Assembly (NCBI RefSeq): GCF_014084105.1
Contig: NZ_CP048289.1
Coordinates: 419,922-443,921 of the forward strand
Length of the DNA stretch: 24,000 nt
Source: Streptacidiphilus sp. P02-A3a
GTDB lineage: Bacteria; Actinomycetota; Actinomycetes; Streptomycetales; Streptomycetaceae
Reading direction: 5' to 3'
Position numbers and translations under genes: made by a program. Shown one piece after another: positions 1 through 7,028 of the stretch. Under the pieces are notes generated by a model. That model was not told the DNA's origin. It saw only the letters and a program-made list of their open reading frames with translations, and ran no database searches. Numbering within the stretch: the stretch's first letter is position 1; each line of letters begins with the position of its first letter.

Positions 1-41
1 GCGCTTGACATCAAGCGCGCTTGAACCAGAAGGCTGGCGTG

Positions 42-1310
42 ATGACACCGACCCGGACCACCCGGCTGCTGCCCTCCGCCTACCGCCCGCTGCTCGCCCA
101 CGCGACGTTCCGGCGGCTGCTGCCGGCGATGGCGGTCTCCGACTTCGGCGACGGGATGAGCGCGGTCGCCGTGGCCTGGCTGGCGATCCTGATCGCGCCG
201 CCCGGCCGCGCGGGGCTGCTGCTCGGGGCGGCCGTGGCCGCGTACTCGCTGCCGGGCGTGGTCGGGGCGCTGGTGCTCGGCCGTCGGCTGCGCCGGGTTC
301 CGGCGCGGCGGCTGCTGGTCGCCAACGCGTCCCTGCGCGCGCTGTGCCTCGGCTGCGTCCCGCTGGCCTGGGCGGCGGGGCTGCTCAACCCGGTGCTGTA
401 CGTGGTCCTGCTCGGCGGGTCGTCGTTGCTCAGCTCCTGGGGCAGCGCCGGAAAGTACGGCCTGCTCGGGCAGCTACTGGTGCCGGAGCTCAGGTTGGCC
501 GCGAACGCGCTGGTCAGCTCCAGCTCCTCGGCCGCCATGGTGCTCGGCCCGGCCGTCGCCGGGCTGCTGGTGGCGGGTATCGGCCCGGCCTGGATCATCG
601 GCCTGAACGCCCTGTCCTTCGCGGTCCTCGCGCTCCAGGTGGGGCGACTGGCGTTGGCCGCCGCCCCGGCCGCGCCGACGGCGGACCACGCCGGGTCCGG
701 GCTCCGACTGCTGCGCGGGCAGCCGGAACTGCTCGGCATCATCGCGTTGACCTGGGCGTTCAACTTCCTCTACGGCCCGGTCGAGGTCGCCCTGCCGCTG
801 CACGTCAGCCGGGATCTGCACGCCGGCGCCGGGCTGCTCGGGCTGTACTGGGCGTGCTTCGGCGTCGGCGCGGTGCTCGGCAGCCTGGCGGTCGGCGGCC
901 TGCGGCGGCTGCCGCTGTGGCCGGTCACCCTGGGCATCGTCGCCGGGTGGGGAGTGGTCCTGCTCCCGGTCGGGCTCGCGGTGCCCACGGCGGTCTCGCT
1001 GGGCTGCTTCGCGCTCGGCGGGCTGATCTACGGTCCGTTCAACGCCCTCTCGTTCACCCTGTTCCAGCAGCGCACCCCCGCGGCGCTGCTGACCACCGTC
1101 CTCGCCGTCCGCGGGGCCGCCCTGCTCACCTCCGATCCCATCGGCACCGCCCTCGGCGGCCCGCTGACCTCGGCTCTGGGCGCGGGCCCGGTACTGGTCG
1201 GCTCCGCGCTCGCCACGGTGCTGCTGGCGGTCGGCGCGGCCGTGGTCGCCACGGTGGTCCGGGCGGGCGGCGGGAGCGCGCTGACCCCCGGCCGGGACGC
1301 CGTCGGCTAG
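42..1310 (+). CDS. MFS transporter
   Basis: ORF-track frame 21..1310. ATG at 42, with GTG 39 and TTG 21 as alternatives. Multiple Gly/Ala/Leu-rich hydrophobic segments along the whole length. N-terminus 'FRRLLPAMAVSDFGDGM' is typical of actinobacterial MFS proteins. High third-position GC. Confidence 0.85.
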   Translation: MTPTRTTRLLPSAYRPLLAHATFRRLLPAMAVSDFGDGMSAVAVAWLAILIAPPGRAGLLLGAAVAAYSLPGVVGALVLGRRLRRVPARRLLVANASLRALCLGCVPLAWAAGLLNPVLYVVLLGGSSLLSSWGSAGKYGLLGQLLVPELRLAANALVSSSSSAAMVLGPAVAGLLVAGIGPAWIIGLNALSFAVLALQVGRLALAAAPAAPTADHAGSGLRLLRGQPELLGIIALTWAFNFLYGPVEVALPLHVSRDLHAGAGLLGLYWACFGVGAVLGSLAVGGLRRLPLWPVTLGIVAGWGVVLLPVGLAVPTAVSLGCFALGGLIYGPFNALSFTLFQQRTPAALLTTVLAVRGAALLTSDPIGTALGGPLTSALGAGPVLVGSALATVLLAVGAAVVATVVRAGGGSALTPGRDAVG

Positions 1311-1416
1311 CCGAACAGTCCGTCGGCCAGGGCCTCACCCCGTCCGGAGCGGCCTCGCCCGGGAACGGTCGCACAGGCGGGCGAGGGAGGTTCGGGGTGC
1401 GGGTAGCCTCTGCCGG

Positions 1417-1620
1417 GTGACCAGGACCCGGGCGGATTCATGGGAAGCGGAATGGGCGGACACGCTGTTCGCCACCGCGCCGCCGCACCGCGCCGACGCG
1501 CCCGCGCCGATCAACTACCGTCGCGTGATCCCGGACCGGGGCTCCGCCCGCCCACGCGGCCTCGAACCAACGGCGCTCCGGGCGCAGTTGACCCGGCTGA
1601 CGAATGCTCCGGCCCAGTGA
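1417..1620 (+). CDS. candidate small protein (67 aa), function unknown
   Basis: GTG start. By eye, third-position GC is clearly higher than in the overlapping 1440 frame. Stop TGA (1618-1620) overlaps the GTG (1617-1619) of the hydrolase as GTGA, a coupling signature. No recognisable motif and no good SD. Confidence 0.3.
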   Translation: MTRTRADSWEAEWADTLFATAPPHRADAPAPINYRRVIPDRGSARPRGLEPTALRAQLTRLTNAPAQ

Positions 1621-2291
1621 CAGCGGAGTTGTCCACCCGGGAGGCGGGTGATCCCGGCCGTCCCACGCTGCTGCTGGTCCACGGCTCGGGGCAGGGGGCG
1701 CGCATGTGGCGGCGGCAACTCGCCTCCCTGTCCGACCGCTACCACGTCGTCGCGGTCGACCTGCCCGGATTCGGCTGCTCGCCGGGGCCGTTCAGCATGG
1801 CCCGGGCGGTCGCCGGGGTCGCCCGGCTCGCGGAGCGGCACCGACCCGCGCACGTCTGCGGGATCTCGCTGGGTTCGGTGGTCGCGGCCGGAGTCGCCGC
1901 CGAGCGCCCGGAGTTGGTGGACCGGCTGGTCCTCAGCGGACCGGTGATCGCGCCCGCGCGGTCCGGGCCGGGACTCATCCGCCGCTATCGCCGCTGGCCG
2001 GGGTGGCTGGTGCGGGCGGTCACCGACGTGCCGGACCGGGCCGGGTGGCTGGCCGTCGTCGGCGCGATGGAGGCCACCGACCTGACCGACCTGCTGCCGT
2101 CGATCACCGCGCCGACACTGGTGCTGTGCGGGCAGCGGGACCGGGAGTGCCTGCCGGACGCGCACACCATGGCGGCGGCGGTGCCCGCCGCCCACCTGGT
2201 GGTCGTCCCGCACGTCGGGCACCTGATCCCGGTCACCGCGCCGAAGGCCTTCGACGCCGTCGTCGGCGGGTTCCTGGGCAGCGCGGGATGA
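1617..2291 (+). CDS. alpha/beta hydrolase fold protein
   Basis: 'LLLVHGSGQGARMW' oxyanion-region motif, nucleophile elbow G-I-S-L-G, C-terminal 'HVGHLIPV' catalytic His. The 1440 start in the ORF track adds an Arg/Pro-rich N-terminus with poor codon bias. GTG at 1617 gives a normal-length enzyme. Confidence 0.85.
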   Translation: MTAELSTREAGDPGRPTLLLVHGSGQGARMWRRQLASLSDRYHVVAVDLPGFGCSPGPFSMARAVAGVARLAERHRPAHVCGISLGSVVAAGVAAERPELVDRLVLSGPVIAPARSGPGLIRRYRRWPGWLVRAVTDVPDRAGWLAVVGAMEATDLTDLLPSITAPTLVLCGQRDRECLPDAHTMAAAVPAAHLVVVPHVGHLIPVTAPKAFDAVVGGFLGSAG

Positions 2292-2312
2292 GACCGGGGC
2301 AGGGCGGCGACG

Positions 2313-2373
2313 GCAGGGCATGGCAGTAGCAGGGCATGGCAGTAAAGGTGGGAAGCCCGTCATTGCTGCCATG
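2313..2373. promoter_or_regulatory. perfect 16-bp tandem duplication GCAGGGCATGGCAGTA x2 plus an inverted CTGCCATG half-site; candidate operator upstream of the GlxA-type regulator
   Basis: Copies at 2313-2328 and 2329-2344. The reverse complement of CATGGCAG lies at 2366-2373, 26 bp before the ATG at 2399. Confidence 0.3.
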
Positions 2374-2398
2374 ACCGCAGGCTGCGAGGCTCGACCGC

Positions 2399-3373
2399 AT
2401 GACGTACCGACGTGTGGTCATCGTCCTCTACGAGGGTGTGCAGAGCCTTGACGTGACCGGTCCGCTGGAGGTGTTCGCCGGGGCCGGGGCCGCGCTCGGG
2501 GATCCGGAGGCGTACCGGATCACCACCGCCGCTCTCGGCGGCCGGGTGGTGCGCAGCTGTAGCGGGCTGCGACTGGTACCCGACGAGCAGCTGGACCGGC
2601 TGGCCGCGCCGCACACCCTGGTCGTGCCCGGCGGCACCACGATGGACGACCCCGATCCGGCGCTGGTCCGCCGGATCGCGGTCCTGGCGGCTGCGGCCGA
2701 GCGGGTGGTGTCGGTGTGCACCGGCGCGTTCCTGCTGGCCGAGGCCGGGTTGCTGGGCGGCCGCCGGGTGACCACGCACTGGGCCTTCAGCGACGCGCTC
2801 GCACGGCGCTTCCCCGAGGCCGAGGTCGATCCCGAGCCGATCTTCCTGACGGACGGGAAGTTCGCCAGCTCGGCCGGGGTGACGGCGGGAATCGACCTGG
2901 CCCTGGCGCTGGTCGAGGCGGACCACGGCCGGGACGTCGCGCTGACCGTCGCCAGGCACCTGGTGATGTTCCTGCGTCGGCCGGGAGGCCAGGCGCAGTT
3001 CAGCACCCAGCTCGCCGCGCAGCTGGCCGAGCGGCAGCCGCTGCGGGACGTCCAGCGGTGGATCGCGGAACACCCGGGCGACGACCTCTCGGTCGAGGCC
3101 CTCGCCCGCCGCTCCACGCTCTCGCCCCGGCACTTCGCCCGCGCCTTCGCGGCCGAGGTCGGGGTGACCCCCGGCCGGTACGTGGAGGGGGTGCGCCTGG
3201 AGACCGCCCGCCGCCTGCTGGTGGACACCGTGGACGGGATCGAGGAGATCGCCCGCCGCTGCGGCTACGGCACGTCGGAGGCGATGCGCCGGGCCTTCGT
3301 CCGCACCCTGGCCGTGCCACCGGTCGAGTACCGCCGCCGCTTCCGGCCCCACCAGGCCCAGCGACCGCACTGA
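2399..3373 (+). CDS. GlxA-family transcriptional regulator (DJ-1/PfpI-like N-domain plus AraC-type HTH)
   Basis: N-terminal 'VVIVLYEGVQSLDVTGPLEVF' and 'VCTGAFLLAEAGLLGGRRVTTHW' (class I glutamine amidotransferase-like). C-terminal AraC HTH 'LSVEALARRSTLSPRHFARAFAAEVGVTPGRYVEGVRLETARRLL...IARRCGYGTSEAMRRAF'. Confidence 0.9.
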   Translation: MTYRRVVIVLYEGVQSLDVTGPLEVFAGAGAALGDPEAYRITTAALGGRVVRSCSGLRLVPDEQLDRLAAPHTLVVPGGTTMDDPDPALVRRIAVLAAAAERVVSVCTGAFLLAEAGLLGGRRVTTHWAFSDALARRFPEAEVDPEPIFLTDGKFASSAGVTAGIDLALALVEADHGRDVALTVARHLVMFLRRPGGQAQFSTQLAAQLAERQPLRDVQRWIAEHPGDDLSVEALARRSTLSPRHFARAFAAEVGVTPGRYVEGVRLETARRLLVDTVDGIEEIARRCGYGTSEAMRRAFVRTLAVPPVEYRRRFRPHQAQRPH

Positions 3374-3463
3374 GACCGCGAACCGCACTGAGACCGCGAA
3401 CCGCACTGAGACCGCGAACCGCACCGAGACCGCGAACCGCACTGAGACCGCGAACCGCACCGA
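3361..3463. repeat. 18-bp tandem repeat (unit GACCGCGAACCGCACTGA), 5 full copies plus a partial first copy
   Basis: Read directly. Units at 3374, 3392, 3410, 3428 and 3446. Two allelic forms, ...CACTGA and ...CACCGA. The first copy supplies the regulator's TGA stop (3371-3373). No spacers between copies. Confidence 0.9.
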
Positions 3464-3486
3464 GCCCACCAGAACGGAGCACGCTG

Positions 3487-4119
3487 ATGCAGATCGCCAT
3501 CCTGCTGTACGACCGCTTCACCGCCCTCGACGCGGTCGGGCCGTACGAGATCCTGTCCCGTATCCCCGGCGCGGAGGTGGTCTTCACCGCCGCGAAGCCC
3601 GGGCCGGTCCGCACCGACATGGACAGCCTGGCGCTCACCGCCGAGGTTCCGCTGTCCGAGGTCACCGCCCCGGACGTGCTGCTCGTTCCGGGTGGCCCGG
3701 GCACCGCCGACCAGCTGCGGGACGAGGCCGTACTCGACTGGCTGCGCGCGGTGGACCGGGCGACCAGCTGGACCACCTCCGTCTGCTCCGGCTCGCTGCT
3801 GCTGGCCGCCGCCGGGCTCCTCACCGGGCGGCGGGCCACCTCGCACTGGATCTGCCTGGACGAGCTGGGTGCCATGGGCGCGGTCCCGGTCCCGGACCGA
3901 GTGGTCGTCGACGGCAAGTACGCCACCGCCGCCGGGGTCTCGGCCGGGATCGACCTCGCGTTGCGGCTGACCGGTCGGCTGGCGGGTGACCGCGTCGCTG
4001 AGGCGATCCAGCTGGTGGTCGAGTACGACCCCCAACCGCCCTACTCGGCGGGCTCGGTGGCCACCGCCCCGGCCGAACTCGTGGCCTCGCTGCGGGCCAC
4101 CGGCCTGGTGGTCGGCTGA
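3487..4119 (+). CDS. DJ-1/PfpI family protein
   Basis: ATG 3487 preceded by GGAG. 'IAILLYDRFTALDAVGPYEIL' and nucleophile-elbow Cys 'VCSGSLLLAAAGLLTGRRATSHW'. The longer 2716 ORF is the out-of-frame overlap with the upstream gene. Confidence 0.9.
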   Translation: MQIAILLYDRFTALDAVGPYEILSRIPGAEVVFTAAKPGPVRTDMDSLALTAEVPLSEVTAPDVLLVPGGPGTADQLRDEAVLDWLRAVDRATSWTTSVCSGSLLLAAAGLLTGRRATSHWICLDELGAMGAVPVPDRVVVDGKYATAAGVSAGIDLALRLTGRLAGDRVAEAIQLVVEYDPQPPYSAGSVATAPAELVASLRATGLVVG

Positions 4120-4151
4120 TCACGGGCGGCCGACCCGCTCCGCCGGCGGAT

Positions 4152-4553
4152 TCAGACGGCGCCCGGTACCGAGCCCTGGGCGGCCAACTGCGCTTCACCG
4201 TTGCCGAGCGACCAGTTGGCGAGGGCGTTGTCGGTGAGCGTGATGAGGACGTCCTCGGGCCGGACCCCGGCGTCGGTCAGGTTGGCGGTGATCTGCTGGT
4301 GCAGCTTGAGCTTGAGCTGCGCCGGGCGGCCTTCGACCAGGGTGATCCGGACGAAGACCACGTCCCGGCGGTCGACGCCGAGGTAGTCGGGGTCGAAGAC
4401 CAGCTCGTCGGCGGGGTGCGGGGTGATGATCTGGAAGCGGTCCCCGGCGGGGATGCCGACGGTGTCGACCAGGGCCCGGTGCACGCCGGAGGCGATGGCG
4501 CGGCGGGCCTCGGGGGTGCGGGTGTCGGCGAGATCGATCTGGACCAGAGGCAT
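4152..4553 (-). CDS. tautomerase family protein (4-OT superfamily, Pro-1 type)
   Basis: Start ATG at 4553 gives 'MPLVQIDL...' with the catalytic Pro directly after Met, about 133 aa. The ORF-track start at 4640 adds an unlikely low-GC N-terminus. Confidence 0.8.
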   Translation of the reverse strand: MPLVQIDLADTRTPEARRAIASGVHRALVDTVGIPAGDRFQIITPHPADELVFDPDYLGVDRRDVVFVRITLVEGRPAQLKLKLHQQITANLTDAGVRPEDVLITLTDNALANWSLGNGEAQLAAQGSVPGAV

Positions 4554-4590
4554 GGGAGGACTCGCTTTCCGGAATGCGTGGTTACGGGTA

Positions 4591-4616
4591 ATGTGTTCGA
4601 CGTAGGTCGACCACAT
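4591..4616. promoter_or_regulatory. imperfect inverted repeat ATGTGTTCGAC-GTAG-GTCGACCACAT; candidate ArsR-family operator in the divergent intergenic region
   Basis: 11-bp arms with one mismatch. A third half-site, TCGAACAC, is at 4633-4640. A TAGTGT -10-like hexamer (4617-4622) follows immediately, and an AAGGAGG SD precedes the GTG at 4658. Confidence 0.4.
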
Positions 4617-4657
4617 TAGTGTATGGCTAACATCGAACACTCTGCAAGGAGGGAACC

Positions 4658-5035
4658 GTGTCCGCCCGCACCCGCAACCTGACCCACACCCACCCGTCCG
4701 AGGTCGCGCTGCAGGACGCTCTGGTGGCGGTTGCCGACCCGATCCGCCGCGCCATCGTCAAGGAACTGGCCGCGAACCCCGACTGGACCCGCGCCTGCGG
4801 CACCTTCGACCTGGCCGTGACCAAGGCGACCCGCAGCCACCACTTCACCGTGCTGCGCTCGGCCGGGCTGATCGAGCAGCGGGACGAGGGGCCGCGCCGC
4901 CTCAACCGGCTCCGCCGCGCGGAGTTCGACCAGTACTTCCCCGGCCTGCTCGACCTGGTCCTCACCGAACCCGCGTCCGCCGACGCGGCATCCGGCGAAC
5001 CCACGTCCGCTGAACCCGAGGAACCGGCTCGGTAA
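4658..5035 (+). CDS. ArsR/SmtB-family HTH transcriptional regulator
   Basis: GTG start with AAGGAGGG SD 5 nt upstream. 'LVAVADPIRRAIVKELA...TKATRSHHFTVLRSAGLIEQRDEG' is a winged-HTH ArsR pattern. Confidence 0.85.
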   Translation: MSARTRNLTHTHPSEVALQDALVAVADPIRRAIVKELAANPDWTRACGTFDLAVTKATRSHHFTVLRSAGLIEQRDEGPRRLNRLRRAEFDQYFPGLLDLVLTEPASADAASGEPTSAEPEEPAR

Positions 5036-5048
5036 CCCCGTGCCGGGT

Positions 5049-5456
5049 TCAGCCGCGCAGGACCCGGGTCACCGCCTGGGTGCGGTCGGTGACGCCCAAC
5101 TTGCCGAATATCGAGTGCAGATGGTTCTTCACTGTCGGCTCGGCGATGACCATCCGACGGGCGATCTGCCGGTTGGACAGCCCGAGCAGCAGCAGTTCCA
5201 TGACCCGGGTCTCACGCTGGGTCAGCCGGGCCAGCGCCGGGGCCGACCACTCCGGAACCCCCTTCTCCGGAACCCCCTTCTCCGGATGCTCGATGATTTC
5301 GCTGGTCCCCCTTTCCTGGCTCCCTTTTCCGGACGGTTCAGGTCCGGCGGCGTGCACCAGGACTTCCAGCCGCGAGACGAGTTGCCCGGCCTCGCGCAGC
5401 AGCGCGGCGAGCATGGTCTCGTCGGTTGTGTCTCCCACGGGCAGCCTTTCGTTCAC
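5049..5456 (-). CDS. small LuxR-family (FixJ/NarL-type C-terminal HTH) regulator
   Basis: 'LTQRETRVMELLLLGLSNRQIARRMVIAEPTVKNHLHSIFGKLGV'. GTG start. No receiver domain. Confidence 0.8.
   Translation of the reverse strand: MNERLPVGDTTDETMLAALLREAGQLVSRLEVLVHAAGPEPSGKGSQERGTSEIIEHPEKGVPEKGVPEWSAPALARLTQRETRVMELLLLGLSNRQIARRMVIAEPTVKNHLHSIFGKLGVTDRTQAVTRVLRG
5251..5286. repeat. 15-bp in-frame tandem duplication (TCCGGAACCCCCTTC x2.4) encoding EKGVPEKGVPE in the LuxR gene linker
   Basis: Read directly in the sequence and in the translation. Confidence 0.85.
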
Positions 5457-5565
5457 GGTGGCTCCGGCGGTACCCGCAGGGTGGTTCCGTCGGCCGGGAA
5501 AATGCTCACCTTTTTCGTCAATGTATAGACCGGCCGGTGCGGCTGGATATCGCTGGATCGGGTGA

Positions 5566-5593
5566 GGCGGCCGGTCCGGGCGGACCGGCCGCC
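5566..5593 (-). terminator. GC-rich hairpin (12-bp stem GGCGGCCGGTCC / GGACCGGCCGCC, 4-nt loop) just after the oxygenase stop
   Basis: Perfect complementarity read from the sequence, 4 nt beyond the stop codon at 5598-5600. No U-tract, as is common in actinomycetes. Confidence 0.5.
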
Positions 5594-5597
5594 GTGT

Positions 5598-7028
5598 TCA
5601 GGGCCTCCCCAGCAGGTGACTTCCGGCGGCTGCCCGGCCGCGCGCGGTGAAGAATTCCCGGAATCCCGCGATAAACTCCTCCGCATCGATACGCCCGTCG
5701 CCGTCCCGGTCGAGCTGCCGGTATCCGTGGTTGAGCTCGGCGGGGTGGGTGCGCTTGCCGAAGGCCCGGCGGTAGTCGTCCTGCCCGAGGAAGCCGTCCC
5801 CGTCGGTGTCGATGGCGTCGAACAGGGCGCGAGTGGCCCGGTCCAGGCCCTTGCTGAGGTAGTCCGGGTCGTCGTCCAGACCGGCCAGGGTCGCGGCCAC
5901 GAACCCGGCCCGGCTGATCCGCCCCTCGCCGTCGGCGGCCCGGCCGATCTGCTCCCACCAGGCGCGGAAGCCGTCGTACACCTTGGTCTCGGTCGCCGCG
6001 TCGAGTTCCAGGTCCCAGCAGGCGGCGCGGGCCATCGCCTCCAGGTCGGCCCGGGTCAGGTAGCCGTCGCCGGTCTGGTCCAGGACATGGGTGAACAGCC
6101 GTTCCAGCTTGCGGGCACGCAGGTCCCGGCGGAACCGGCCCAGCAGCGAGCCGCCGCCGACGTCCTCACGCGGACCGGCCAGCCGGATCGCGTCGGCCGC
6201 GTACCCCTGGTACCGCCAGCCGCCGTGCAGCCGTTCGGCCAGCGTCCGCCAGCCCCGGTGGGTGAGTCGGGAGAGGGTCCGGGCGCGGCCGGAGGCGGTC
6301 AGTCCGAGCCGGTCCCGGTACGCCGGCGGCAGGTCCGCCACGATCACGGCGACGATCAGCCGGGCCGCGAGCGGGCGGACCGCGAGCCACAGCGGCGGAC
6401 ACCAGCGCAGCTGGGCGGGCGCGACCGCGTGCCGGTAGAAGTCCCCGAGCAGGTCGCGGACCGGCGGGTTGTCCTCCAGCACCTCGCGCAGCATGGTGTC
6501 GAAGTACCGCCAGAAGGACGCCGGGTCGGCGGGCAGCGCCTCCCGGGGCAGGCCCAGGGACACCGCGACGGCCTGCCACTCCTGGTAGAGCAGCGCCTCG
6601 TCCGCCGCCGACAGCGGGCGTCCGGACAGGCGGCACATCGCCACGATGCCCTCGAACACGGTGCCGAGCACCCAGGCGCGGGCGGCGGGATCAGCCGCCG
6701 TGTAGGGGCGGCCGTGGGCGTCGGTGCCGCTGATCCGGCGGTGCTGGCGGCCGATCCGCTCGATCTCGCGGGCCCGGGCGGCGGGCGCGGCGTAGATCAG
6801 CCGTTGCAGGCTGTCCAGGGTGTGCTGGGCCCGGCGCCACGGATGCGCGTGGTACGTCGAGTGCTCCGCCACCCCGGCGCCGACCACCGGGTGGGCGTTC
6901 TGCAGCACCAGCAGTCGGCCCAGCATCAGCAGGAAGCGCCACTCGCCGATATGACGCCAGGTCACCGAACCGGCGCGGGGGTAGCCCTCGGGGTCGGGCA
7001 CGGCCTGGTGCCCGGCGGCGTCAGCCAT
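5598..7028 (-). CDS. MpaB/Lcp-family (DUF2236) oxygenase fused to a C-terminal 4-EF-hand calcium-binding domain
   Basis: N-terminal part 'WRHIGEWRFLLMLGRLLVLQNAHPVVGAGVAEHSTYHAHPWRRAQHTLDSL' looks like the DUF2236 catalytic domain. The C-terminal ~169 aa (5598-6107) carries loops DQTGDGYLTRAD, ADGEGRISRAG (degenerate), DTDGDGFLGQDD and DRDGDGRIDAEE. ATG at 7028 overlaps the upstream stop (ATGGCTGA). Confidence 0.85.
   Translation of the reverse strand: MADAAGHQAVPDPEGYPRAGSVTWRHIGEWRFLLMLGRLLVLQNAHPVVGAGVAEHSTYHAHPWRRAQHTLDSLQRLIYAAPAARAREIERIGRQHRRISGTDAHGRPYTAADPAARAWVLGTVFEGIVAMCRLSGRPLSAADEALLYQEWQAVAVSLGLPREALPADPASFWRYFDTMLREVLEDNPPVRDLLGDFYRHAVAPAQLRWCPPLWLAVRPLAARLIVAVIVADLPPAYRDRLGLTASGRARTLSRLTHRGWRTLAERLHGGWRYQGYAADAIRLAGPREDVGGGSLLGRFRRDLRARKLERLFTHVLDQTGDGYLTRADLEAMARAACWDLELDAATETKVYDGFRAWWEQIGRAADGEGRISRAGFVAATLAGLDDDPDYLSKGLDRATRALFDAIDTDGDGFLGQDDYRRAFGKRTHPAELNHGYRQLDRDGDGRIDAEEFIAGFREFFTARGRAAAGSHLLGRP

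Noticed and set aside
1440-1616. Hydrolase starting at ATG 1440 (283 aa)
   Set aside because: The extra 59 residues are Arg/Pro/Ala-rich with weaker codon bias than the overlapping 1417 frame. The conserved hydrolase core begins right after the GTG at 1617.
3361-3463. Possible CRISPR array, because of regularly spaced identical units
   Set aside because: Units are only 18 bp and directly abut each other with no spacers. No cas genes or leader are present. It is a minisatellite.
2360-3469. 369-aa minus-strand ORF beginning with (VRFAVS)x6
   Set aside because: It is antisense to the well-supported GlxA-type regulator. The N-terminus is just the tandem repeat read backwards. The composition is Arg/Gly/Pro-rich, typical of wrong-frame ORFs in high-GC DNA.
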